Source of the DNA: Tubiluchus corallicola
Taxonomy: Eukaryota > Animalia > Priapulida
Length of the DNA: 64,000 nucleotides
Direction of reading: 5' to 3'
NCBI GenBank assembly: GCA_030141605.1
Contig: JAQGDQ010000008.1
Span: forward strand, 1,240,001 to 1,304,000
Of the stretch, positions 40,101 through 52,849 are shown one piece after another. The translations under genes and the position numbers were made by a program. Position 1 is the stretch's first letter. Each line of letters begins with the position of its first letter. The notes below the pieces were generated by a model. It searched no databases, had not been told where the DNA came from, and saw nothing but the letters and a program-made list of their open reading frames with translations.

Positions 40101-41229
40101 TAAAGCCTGCAAAGTAATTAGCTTAGTTTCACCTGATCCGGTTGTTAAACATGAGCTCTGAGTATAGTACATCTATGACGTTTTCTGATGCAACCAAACA
40201 TGGAAAAATAAAAATTATCCTCACAATTTACATCCAACCATTTACTCTAACTTAGTACACATGTCATTGTTTATGAGGATCCATTGATTGCAGAGATGCA
40301 ATAGAGAAGAATGCAAGACAAGCATAAAAAATAAATTTGCTAGCTTTTACGAGAGAGAAAATTTTCAGCTTAAGAGCTTTAAATTCAAACTGTTCTATCC
40401 CAAACAGCCGGAGAGACACGCAGGTCAAAGCTCCGAGTTTATTCTACTTGTTCTAGTCCAAAGTCACATCTGTTTCACCAACGTCCTGTTCACCATTTCT
40501 GCTTATTGGAGAATGCCACTTCAAGATTGCCATCGCCTACTAAACTGACAGGTGCCAGGAAATGCAACAACCCTCTCAACTGGAATCAGTCTTGAAATAT
40601 TGCTAATTGATAAAGTTGACCACCCACACAGCTGTGGGACGTTGAACTGATGAACCGTATCTTAAGACAAATCTTAAGACAGTTGTAGAATTTGCGAACA
40701 TTCCAGCTAGTTCTAAGGAAGAATTTGAATTGTAGGCAAGCATTTAACAAATTTTTGACAACAAGCCAACAGGCGTACATCTCGAATTCACTTGATCGCA
40801 TTTAAGGTTGTTGCTTGACTCCTGACATTCGAGTTTATTATGGTATATGGGGGGAGGGGGAATAAGTACTGATAATAGCACCCAGTTTAAGTTAAATCTG
40901 TGACTGTCTCAATCTCTTGAGATCATTATGTAAAACAGAAGACGTCATTTCTCTAAGCACAGTCCTCTGGCTAAAGAGAATCTGTGACAAGCAATACATT
41001 GCGTACTGAAAGCGAGAATGTAGTCTGTTGAATGTTGAAAACCTTTTTCAATGCTGTATTTAAAACTAATTTTTATATAAATTTCTCCAAACCAGACCAC
41101 TCTCACTCAGGTTAAGGAGCTACAACAGAAAAGCGGAGATACGATGGCATATCCAAAAAATAGAATTTTTATAACTAATTTGCTAGTGACGTGACAATCT
41201 GTCTAATGTTCTTCTTGAAGCGGATATAT

Positions 41230-41310
41230 AATGACCATGATGGTGGTGATAATGTTGATGATGATGAGGATAATGATGATACTGACAATGACTATGATGG
41301 TGACGACAAT
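41230..41310. repeat. Degenerate (GAT)n microsatellite
   Basis: gatgatgatgag... run. Confidence 0.8.
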
Positions 41311-44300
41311 TTTAAGTCCGGAGACAACATTCAACAAAGTCAGTGGACCTGTAGAAATCCATTTTTAGCTTAAAATTAAATAAAATTGGATAAATTTATT
41401 AAAAGCATTGAATCATCCTAAGCACAGAAATAAACGTGCCCTAACCAACTTTCTGAACATGGTCCAGTAAAACTGTCACTGTCAAGCTATTTAATTTAGC
41501 CTTCAATAATTATTTGTTTTTTGCATTTTTACAAATATGCACTTCTTTCAAGTGTTTGAAACGAAGCCAGTCTTAGTCATGTGACCTAAGCTTTAGCAGT
41601 ATAAGCCACCTATCTGTAGTAGATTTTCTGTTGCCATGCTGATCATGCTGTTTAGTGATACCTGAATGGCTTTGTTTATTTTGCTATAATTTAACAGTCA
41701 TTAGTCGTACTATCAAGCCAAATAGATAATGTAAATCGCTATCTATCTTAATAATTAGTTAATTATTTAAAATCGTCAAAAATTGCTTCAAGCCTCTGGA
41801 ATCATAAAGTAATAATTTGGGTTTCAGTCTTCTTAAATCTGTTTTTCACTTTGTCTAAATAGTAAATAACCTTTAGCACGTTTTTAAGCACTTTTTGTGA
41901 TCTGTTAGTTTAATAAATTGCAGGTCTATCGCACAGTTCAATGCTGATTTTAGCCGTTTCTTTGCTTGGACTTGGCGCATCCACAAAAATAATAACAAGG
42001 CATGAGTGTAAGGAAAAAAATTACGTAGAAAGTAAAAACATATTTGCTGGAGCTGTATAACTATGAATATGATATTCAACAGCAGTGAGCTCGATTAGCA
42101 GTTTTATGAATGAATTTTGGAAGAATGTATAACCAATTTTTCGGTAACGGCTACTTTGAGGTTGACTGGTATCCACGATACATTAAGCAAAACAAACTTA
42201 AAAGCCTATATAACCCAAACATAATTTTTTTAAGCAATATTATGATTACACAAAAAATTCATAGTTATTATTAAACAAAAGAGACTTACAAATTAAATAA
42301 CTTACCCTCTTTCTGGCGAATTTCGAACGCGTAACGTGCATTACCATAATGAACGCCATGTTTCGCGTCTTTGGCGCGAGTACACTACGCACGAAATTAT
42401 TTCGAAATTACATTTGATTTTAACACTTTTTATAAATTAAACAGAAACCACTGATTAACGTGGGCCACCGTAAATGCATTCATGCCTGGTGGATTTCTCC
42501 CTTCCTCAAACATTAGCTAGTCATCTTTAATTGTAATTATAATTATATCTTATTCATGTAAATGTACGATTGTATTTTTGGACTGAATAAATAATCTAAT
42601 CTAATTTAAATTTGTGGAGAGGCAATGCGGTACACGATCAGTCCAAATACCGCATTGGTGATTTCGCTCACTCTTAAGAAACCTGACAAATTTTCAAAAA
42701 TTCTGTGTTTCTTCATTTTACAAAAAATTGTTCTTGGCCGTCAGTTTGGCGTTTTGAAAACTTGCTTGACCAGGTGTTTAACTCACGCCAGCATGCAGTA
42801 CGTATAGGTATTGTTTTGCGGTGACTTTTTAACTCATTCACTGAAAAAGAGGTTGTTTGTTAACAAAGCTACTCATTTATTAGCAGTTCTAGCGTCGTTC
42901 AACAAGATCCAGGCTGTTCACAAAACAGCTCAACTGGCACTCGACAATCAGTCAAACATTGAAGTCGTGTTGTGCATCCAGGCATTATTAGAGTCTGGAA
43001 GTAGAAAGTACCGGAAGTGTCTACCAGTATACAATGACAAACTTGAAAAAACTGAGTCTATGATATTGTAATTACCATGAAAAAAATACCTCATTCGTCT
43101 CGCGCAAGAAAAATGGCAGTTCTTCACATTTAATACCGCTAACAATGAAGTGATAAAAAATCAAAAGAAGCAAGTTTTACAGTAAATTCGTGATAAAATA
43201 AATTGAATATTCGTAATGAAAGCAGGGTTTTAAGTTGTAAAAGCTTATATTATAGTGAGGGTTTAGTTTGACTTTAAGAAAATAACAGAAGCGACAACAT
43301 ACGAAATCTGACAGCACCAACTCAACATTAACAGGAACAGATTTCCATAGTATGAGCAGCCTTAACATTTTACGGATGTAAGCATACTATGCGCATTGCA
43401 AGTATTTATGCTACGCAAGCTGAAAACCAGTAGCTCATTTAATATGGTTGGCTATGGCAGGACAGGAATCTAGCTCTTTATAGAAACTAATTTTATAAGA
43501 TGAGACACTGAGGAAGCAGAGGAATCTTAGCCACGTGTGGTGAATGAAACCACACAGAGTGAGTACCAAACCTAAAAGCCAGCCTATCCATTCACTAACC
43601 AAAGTGCTTAACTTCGATCACCAAATACACACCGTGACCACTCAGCTACGAACTCGCCCAAATTATTCACATACTTTTCTATACCTCGTGATTCTTTGGC
43701 TCCAAACATCTTGTCTCGTACTGGAGGAATTCGTGTAAACGAAGAGCAATTAAACTTTAATAACAGAGCTCAACTACGTCTGTCTGACATTGAGGAATTT
43801 TTTCAACTTTTTCCAACAGCTTTTGGGAAAACACTTTGGTAGTCTGTTTGAAACCTGGAACGACCAGAATCAAACAAACATGCCATACGACGGAATAATT
43901 TCTTTGGTGAAATTAAAACATTAATAGAAAATTGGCGTGGAAAATGGCTTCATTTGCAGTTATAAAGGAAAATGGCTTCATTTTTAGTGGCTTGTGAATA
44001 CTCACAAGTTTTAGAATTAGAACTATTTATAGTTACCCCCTACGTTTTACAGTCATTTACAAAGCACATTCTTCTTGAGCGTGGGGTTGAAACGTCTCAG
44101 AGAATTTTTATTGACACTTTCTCCCTACGCAAGGAGAATAGTAAGAAAAACTGGCAAGTGAACAAACGAATGAGTGACTGAACGAACGAATGAATAAATA
44201 AGTGAATGAACAAATTGTGGTCAGATGGATGAATACGTAAAAGACGGACAATTGAGCGAAATATAATAATACATCTGACAGAACCGCTTGCCAAACGCAG

Positions 44301-44819
44301 AAAATGCATGTGCTTAAAATATCTCAGCAAACTGATAAAAAAAGACTGTCCTCAATTAGCACCCACAAGAACTATCGGCAGAGGAGGAACACAATTTCTC
44401 CTTGCGTGCCGAACGATACAGGAAAACATTTATCCCGGCAGCATTCACCTTATATAATAGAGTAATATGGATCTGATAAAAAAATTTATAAGGCACAAAC
44501 GTACACTTCTTAACAAACCCACTTTTAAAATTTTATCATCTGTAGAACTTGTCCACGTTTTATTATGTCTTATGGCAGTAGCTTTTTAAAAATGTCAAAA
44601 AACTCTGTATGTAAGTTTATTGTATTTGATTAATAATACTTCACAATGTTTTTTACCTATAGTGGTTCTTTTTCCAACCACATTGTATAATGGTGTATTG
44701 TATACGTACTGCTGGAGCGAAATAAATTGATTTGATTTGTAATTTTTATGTTATGTAGTGTCTAAAAAAATTTATGAAATCTTACGTGGACTATGTCCTT
44801 AAAGATTAAATATACCTGT

Positions 44820-44870
44820 ATGTCTGTCTGTCTGTCTGTCTGTCCGTCCATCAATCCATCCATCTATCTA
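44820..44870. repeat. (TGTC)n/(TCCA)n tetranucleotide microsatellite
   Basis: tgtctgtctgtc...ccatccatctatct. Confidence 0.9.
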
Positions 44871-47800
44871 TAAATGAACAATTTTATCTTAATAAAGGTC
44901 GTGAAAAGATAGTTGAAAGGTGTAAAAACTTGCACACTAAAGTCGCTCCTGTCAGATTCATGTGAACATACCTTAACCCTTGTTTCACGTCAAATGCTAA
45001 ACTTTCAAGTGACTTCAAAATTCGTATAGCTAGCAATTAGCAGCCAGGGACGCACAACACATGGCTTTGAGACATGGCATTAATAACTAACTCAACTTCA
45101 TTCTACTCTTGGTAATAAAATTCGCCCAAGCTTGCCATTTTGTCTGAGTTATGTGCTGAACCAGTGAAGTTTACCAGAAACTCAAATGCTCTACTAGCAG
45201 TCACTCAAACGCATACACAAAAGCCGGAATCTGGGCCATGCATACATTAATCATGCGTCTTGACTATATGGCCTACCAAAACTTGAAATGCATTCACAAA
45301 TCAGCGGCAAAGGTTAGTTAATGCAGATTGTTGCGGAACCGGAACCTAACCCATTATTAAGGATATTAATAATTGATGAGACACTAAATCAACAGATGTT
45401 ACCATCTGATGTATCTAGAAGCAGCTTTCTGGGCGGCATCTGCTTCTTTACTAATCAGATATAAGAATATGTAGCTGAGCTACACAAATAAGTAAATAAA
45501 TAAATAAATAAGCGAAAAAAAAGAATCGATGAACAAGTGAGAATGACTTCACAAATAAGTTAATAGATGACTGAATAAAAAAGAATGAATGAATGAGTAA
45601 ATGACTTTGTACAGAGTAGAAATCAAGTAATTTTTACCCCTGCAGATAAAATATTGCAGCACATCAAGAAGAAGGGCTTTTCAGCTTCTAATTGGATGTC
45701 AGAACTATGTCCTTATTTCAACAGATTGAGATTTTTTTCTAGGTATCCCCTACTAGTTGTCATTAGCTTCATGCAGTAGTAAGTAAAAAAGAATAAATAA
45801 CTCAAAATGAGTAAATGAATAAATAAATAATCGAATACATGAATGAGCGAATGAAAAAATACACAAAGAATAAAAAATGAATGAATTAATGATTAACAAA
45901 TGAATGGAAACTAAATATGACATGTGAACACTATAAACAAATACAGTGAAATGCTCACTCAAACGTGTAATAGAGTATAGCTATTACTGACACGATGGGC
46001 ATCCTGCAGTTTGCAAAGCGTAAAAATCGAATTACCTTTGAATATCGGCGACAACAAATGCATACTGTGAACTGATGACCACAGAACTGTCTAATATCGG
46101 GAGTAGGCGGTATAAATCCCGGTTCAATCTCATTTAGTTCCTTCAAGCTATGTCGACGTCTGATCAGCCTGTTCGTCATTTTGTAGAGAGAAACTTTTAC
46201 AAGAATTCCTCAAGAAATTCTCGAAGTTAAACGTTTACATAAATCACAGGAATGTAGCAGAGAAAGCTTCACCATTGCCCATGCTTGGATGGTGCTTAAA
46301 CAATATGCAAAATTTGAACAAAGCTTGAACAGTCCTGGACCCAAGGAGACTTCTCCAACCATGAATGATCACGACCACACTACTGGACGGCTTCCAACCG
46401 CATCCAAAACGCAGACTGACTCTTCTATTGTGTGAGACAGGCTGTCGGTAGGATTGGTAATGCACTCACTTACAATCTCACCGGGTCACGAACGGAAGCA
46501 AGGAAAATACCAGCATGTACTATCATTGATCGGGATACTTCGAACCGGCCTATGGTCAAAATCTTCTGACCCTACTACCAACTTCAGTAGATGCTACCAG
46601 TAAAAGCTATGCAAACTCAAACTTGGCTTCTCGCGTCACGTGACGATTCTAGATACTCCCCAAACATTTACCCCGCTGCTGAACATTCTCGTTACTATTT
46701 ATTACTACAAAACTTCTACGAAATCCTGGTAAAATTTCCACATGCAGCCACTTTTTTCCAAAGCTTACATTATTAAGACATGTCCATGTCGCAGGTCACG
46801 ACTCACGGTTGACAATTATCGGTGGTCATAGAGAATACTCTAGTTAAATAAACCGCGTAAACTGTTTTTGTGTTGGCAGTATTAAAAAGCGATTCATCTA
46901 GGAATGCGAGGTCGAGCAATCGATACACCGACCGTTACAGTTTCAGGCTTGCCACAGAGATTAAACGCCGGCGAAGTCTTCACTTTGTTTGGCCCCAGAT
47001 ACCAGAGCCAGCGGGAAAAAGTGACCAAAACAACAACACGACGTAACCTGAGAGGCGAAAGTTTGAAGAGAGTAAACAAAATAAAGAGAAGAGACGTTTG
47101 GCTGGCAGTGGGACACAAATTCAACTTTCCTCTTCAGAATGTCTTGCACGGGAGAATCATGCAACATACCCTCTGTCCTTGGTAACCAACTACAAGCAGG
47201 CGTGCAGGTTGAAACTTCAACAACTCTCTGTATTCATTCATCATCTACTCAAGCGAAATCCTTTAACACGCGTGTAAACTACTGTTACATGTACAGATTA
47301 TGCAGAACTTTATAAGAATTTTAGGGGGGTCCGAAGTAGCAGCATTTACTCTGAGCGTTCCTAGACGAAGACTAGCCCCGCGTCGTTTTTTTCATTCGAG
47401 CTTCTTAACTGTGAAATTCTTTACTAAAAAATTATTTCCCTGTATAGTGTGTACTAAAACTGTACAAAGAATGAAGTAACAGGCACTTCTTATCACTAAC
47501 AAGTTCCATTCCTGCTCAACGTTATGCAAGGCATTAGAAACGTTACCATAGAAAAGCCTCATATTCGATAGCTTATACACGTATTTGCTTGAACTGTCTT
47601 TACAGTCTACAGAAACGATCCAACAACGCTACGGAGTCAACCTTTGCAGATAAAATATCAAGAAAAACAGAAGAATGTTAGTTTTACTATTTCACTGATA
47701 TTGCCGACCACAAATAATCACAAAAAACCGACACCTGCTAATGAAATGTATTTAGCATTGTTAATTAACTGTACCTAAGTTATTTAAGTTATTAACACCA

Positions 47801-48547
47801 CCTTGATACAGAGACATTAGCTGACACACAGTTGGTCTTTCAATTCCAACTGTACCATACCAGCCCATTTCAATTACAACTGTACCACAGGTATTAATGA
47901 TTAAGCCTCACTTGTCACTACTTTTATTGAAGATGCTCTCAAGAACTCTCATAAGTGGTTCTTAAATGCCAACAGTTCATTTGTGCCGCTTGTTCTTTCA
48001 ACTGCTTCTCTTATTCTTACCCTGGACATTCCAACATGTAGAACAGCCGCTTAAAAATCCAGTTTCTATAATCAATATAAATAGATATTAAATAATGATG
48101 ACTAGTACTTTATAAATTTCCGGAGCTTCTCATCTATGGAAATCTCTGCCAGAAAATTGCTTTCCTGGAAACTACTACTTCACTCCAGTCAAGACAAACG
48201 TAAACAGATACCTTATATCTCTAAACAATTAAGTATATGAATTCTGTTTTTCTGAATGTTTATAAATATTTTGGTTAATAGCCATTAGAATTAAAAAATA
48301 AAAAATAAAAAGGAGCTAATATTTTCTTCCATTAAAGGAGTTATAATAAGGTTTTGTAGGAAGGCATTTTGAGAATGTGCTTCTCAGGAGATGAAGTCCT
48401 TAAAAGAAAAAGAAGATACATGATTTTACTAGAAAGAATAGAGAATATTTTACTACACAATTTTGGCAAGCTACTTGACCAAAAATAGATAGTCTTCGAA
48501 ACACCTACACTATAATGGAGTACCTGACTGGCAGATTGGATCAAGTC

Positions 48548-48815
48548 ACTAATCCAACCTTCATCAAAGGTGTAACATTGTTGTAAGTCATCCAATCCTT
48601 AATTAAAAGTATAACACTGTTGTAAGTTTGACTAATCTAACCTTGATCAAAAAAGTAATACTGTTGTCACAACTTCAACACCTAATCAAATGTGTAACAT
48701 TGTCATAACCAATCTAACTCTTGATCAAAGTTGGAATACTTCGTAGCTAATCCAACCCTTGACTGAAAAGGTAAGACTGATATAACCAACCTAACTCTTG
48801 ATCAAAAGTGCAATA
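48548..48815. repeat. About 40-bp degenerate minisatellite (actaatccaaccttgatcaaa..gtaacactgttgt), about 7 copies
   Basis: Recurring aatc(c/t)aac...gatcaaa...gtaa(c/t)a core. Confidence 0.75.
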
Positions 48816-49014
48816 AAGACTCAAGGCTCTTAAACTGCAATTGCTCTAAACCCAGAAGTTAATGAGTGTCTTGACAGAAATTTTAATCTGCATTGAAGAT
48901 GTATTTCGTGAAGCTGCAAGAAATTTTAACATGAAAAAGAGAAAGAAACTTATTTATTTGTGAAGATTATTTCATATTTTGCATATAAAGCAAACAATAT
49001 GAAACACTGTTTCC

Positions 49015-49530
49015 ATTCGTCAGGATGTGTCATTAGAATGCAAGAGACCAGGCTTCCTTGTCATATTCTCTTTCGCGAATTTACGACCAGCAAAAGAGCA
49101 AGACGTTACCCTTTTCACCACTATCAAGACCAGTTTAAATCCACACTCAAACGGGCTGGAATTCAAACTGCAGTATTCAAAAACCAAGCCCAGCAATGTT
49201 TCAACTGGTGTTGAGCCATCCACAACAACACCCAGCACTTTACAGCCAAAAGAAGAAATTTGCGATTACACAAGGTTCAACAAGCCCAACTGCACCCTCT
49301 AACAATTCTCATATGCCATCTGTCTCACTAAATGTTTCATGCAATTGGTCTCCAAAGCCACTAATGTCACCATTAAAAAGGCAAACATTAGGAGCAGAAC
49401 AACATTAGGAGCAACCTGATTTCTAGGACACGAAAAAAGCTGGAGACTACGATTGGGTACAAAATGCTGTATTTGTGTGAATTTTTCTAGGATGATGTCA
49501 AAGGGGTCCATCACAACAACACCACAACTA
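49015..49530 (+). mobile_element. 3' remnant of an RTE-like non-LTR retrotransposon (RT C-terminal region plus decayed C2H2 finger)
   Basis: Translation GCVIRMQETRLPCHILF...KRARRYPFHHYQDQFKSTLKRAGI resembles the RTE-type GHVxRMxxxRLPKxxL...GRPxxRYKDxLK motif; downstream ICHLSH*MFHAIGLQSH; (aca)n-like tail; internal stops. Confidence 0.75.
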
Positions 49531-50353
49531 ACATGCTAGGTTTAAACAAGAAAGGCAGGTTTAATATTTACCTAAAACTTCATATCTAGAAATGCAAGTT
49601 TATTTACATATTGCATCAGGTGATATAACTGAGCACCAATCACTGCACAAATAAAACAATCCCAGCTTAAACAAGAGAATCAAATTCAAAATCAGTCACC
49701 TCCTACTATGACACCATGTATTAAATATATTCCTATTTTCATAAAAAGAGCTGTTCACTTTAACGTGTGTGGTATCTGTCTTGCTGTCGTGGTAATTGAG
49801 AAAGTCTCATGTTTTGAAAATAAATACGCTCCTTATCCCTGAGGAGGTTTACCATCATCACATTATGTGGGGCAAACTTATAAAGTATAAAGTAACGACA
49901 AAACAGGCACTCGTGAAGACACACCAAGAGAAAAATAGAAAGAAATCATTCCAGCCGTTTGGTGTAATTAGAGCTCACCGGATTTCAGCGTAAAACAAAT
50001 GTCGACCATGTGAATGCCTAAAACCTTGATGTTGCTGCATAATCAAATGTCTAAACAAGGGTAATCCCAGTATATTGTAATATTAGATGACTCCAGCATC
50101 TATTTACGAAGTCTCAAAGGAGGAGAGGCAGCTAGCCAGTTTCTCGCTGGTTAGGGCTGGATAGATCTAGGAAGGTGAGCAGAAAGTCCTGTTTGAGTAG
50201 TTAATGACATGAAAAACCCCAATGTGAGTGAAAATCGAACCCAAAACCTCTAAATTGACAACAAAATGGTATAAATGTTCAGGAACCATACCTTCGAAAA
50301 AATGCCTAAGACTGCAAGAAATTTTATCATCAAACATTTTTGTATTCATAGAA

Positions 50354-50502
50354 GAATACTGATCATCATTATCACTCATCATCACTATCATCTTTAGTTA
50401 CAGTCAAATTTACTCATCACACACTTTACTCATGATCACACACAAGAGAATACTAATCATCGTTATCAAGCATCATAACTATCATCTTTAGTTACAGTCA
50501 AA
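50354..50502. repeat. About 55-bp direct duplication (50354-50408 and 50448-50502)
   Basis: gaatact.atcatc.ttatca...actatcatctttagttacagtcaaa occurs twice. Confidence 0.85.
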
Positions 50503-51844
50503 CCCAGGAGTGATGTGCATAAACATTACAAGTCCCGCTACACTAATAGTGTAAGAATCAAGGTGCGTAGCCATCAGGAGATATTACCTGTCTTCATCAC
50601 TCATTACTCATCATCAGCTCTAGCTACAGATAAATTTACGAATCATGTATGTAAAAGAAACTGCTTCGACAAGATTGATAATGATGAAAGATTTTAATGG
50701 TGTGAAAAAATAATGATAAGTCACACTTGATTCTAATTATTCATTAGAAATACACAAAAATAACCAGTAATTATGTGCATCAGCAGCATCACATAATGTA
50801 AAAAACATATGTCACTTGAAAGTGAAGGTATAAAATACTATAAAATATTTTCTTGAAAAATAAAAATGTTTATACTTTAAAAGTATTTTATGTACATTTG
50901 AGGCGATCTATTATTATGATCTGACATATATCGTCTAACGTAAACGTAGATGAACACATAAATGTGCATCAAGATAATTTAAGAAGAAATCATGAAAAGA
51001 TTAATAAGAAATAGAAAATGAGAATAACTTTTAATACAGAATAATCTGCTTTTTCTGGTGTCATATTTTGCTATAAACTATTTTTGTGAATTAAAAAGTT
51101 ATCAACTTGTTGAAAAACTTATCAGAAGAAAGCTTCTCATGCAATGGTTCTTGCCGTTTGAAAATATGACCATGACTCGAGACAAAGGTAGGTTGATTTC
51201 ACAAAGTAAGTGCTAGTCACAAATACATTTACTGTAGCATTTGCCTGTTTTAAATCTTACAGTGCCTCTATGTGTTCTGTGTTCTATGTATGTATGTGTA
51301 TATATATATATGTATATGTATATGTATGTTGTGCATGATTATAATGTAAATGCTGATACAATACTAATATGCAGAACAAAGCATACAAAAAATAATATAG
51401 AAATGACTGGTACGATCTTCCACACTCTCTATACATGGCAACCTAATAATTTAATGAACAAAGAAGGTGATATATATATACCACCATTTTATATATATAG
51501 CACAAATACATACATGTATAACATTTTTACCTAAACCTCTTAACCACTGCAAAACCACATTTTGTTATTGTCTGCAAACAATGAAAATGACCATGAAATC
51601 TATCGATTTTACTTTAATCTATTAAAGTTACCATGTAGAAAGACATACATGCAGTATGGGATTTAGTGATGCTTGAGTTGACATAATTGAGCTTTAAGAT
51701 GTTTCACTCGGCTACTGGGCTACACTTGAGAATCATTACTGGGCAAAAGAATCTTGCAAGTTGCTCATTTTCAAAATAAAAAATAGTGACCCATTTTTAT
51801 TACGAGTATGCATGACAATGAGCGATATGAACGTATGAACTAAC

Positions 51845-52024
51845 CTCATCACGCGAAGGGAGACCTTTTCGCTTAGCTAATTCAAATTCGGTCTCTCGTG
51901 TGTCCTCCGACTCGATTTGGCCTTTGGCGGCGCTCGGCTTCCGTTCCACGTTTTTCAAGTCTACCGCCTCCAATTCCACCTTCTCCTCTTCTTTTTTTGC
52001 TTTCGCGAAGCCCTTTAGTCTGAC
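51845..52024 (-). CDS. unc-22: twitchin-like exon: charged linker (VRLKGFAKAKKEEEKVELEAVDLKNVERKPS...LPSRDE)
   Basis: AAG-type acceptor, GAG|GTTAGT donor, 180 nt, phase 0-0. Confidence 0.82.
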
Positions 52025-52790
52025 CTTGAATGTTTGATGAGATGACATGCCAATGCTATGTTCAAGGCTGATATGTGTAACCACTCATAGGAGTGATGAA
52101 ATGCATAGATGATGCAATGTTACAGAGCAATGAACATAACATTTTAGTACAGCACTCAGTTTCCTACTATAGAAAGAAGAAAAACGTAAGAAACAAGAAT
52201 TGTGCATGTAAGAAACTAGACGTCCGAATTATAGTATGATGAATATGATTCAAATGCTAGAAATTTGTGAACAACTAAATGAGTGACATTCTTTTTCATA
52301 AATTAGAACTTAGTTTAGTAGCAAAGCGAAGGCAGTAAAATGACTGTCATGGATCTAATTATGCTGAATGCATTAATTAGTATTAGCTTTTAAGCATTTA
52401 GTTGATCAAAAATGCGACATAAAATGACCAGAGGCCAAAAATTTGAATTTTTGCAATTAGTAATGCTATTAGGATTACGGTTGCAAGTTGAATTAATCAA
52501 AAGCTGTAGAATGTACAAACTAACATTTTTTAAAGATTCTTGATTGTGCAAAGTACATGTAAGAAAGCAAATATGCAAATGGTAATCATGATGAATATAA
52601 GAATGCAAGACGTTAAAGTTTGAAGTAAATTTACATTTATCAAGTTAGGATTAGAATTTCAACTAATGAAATATAGATTTAGGTGAAAAGAAAAATTATT
52701 ATACGTGACAAATGCACGAATATGGTGAGAATTTGGTGAAATGTATATGTCTGGTTGGTAAACCCAAAAAAGATAATAAATAAACAATAC

Positions 52791-52849
52791 CTTCGTGAAA
52801 TCTTCGACCAACTCCGGTTTCGGTGGTGGAATTGTCCTCTTCTTACCAC
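52791..52849 (-). CDS. unc-22: twitchin-like exon: PEVK-like (GKKRTIPPPKPELVEDFTK)
   Basis: ataatag acceptor, AAG|GTATTG donor, phase 1-0. Confidence 0.82.

Noticed and set aside
43585-43650. 5S rRNA/tRNA-like motif (similar at 33860-33905)
   Set aside because: Short and heavily diverged; likely a SINE relic rather than an RNA gene
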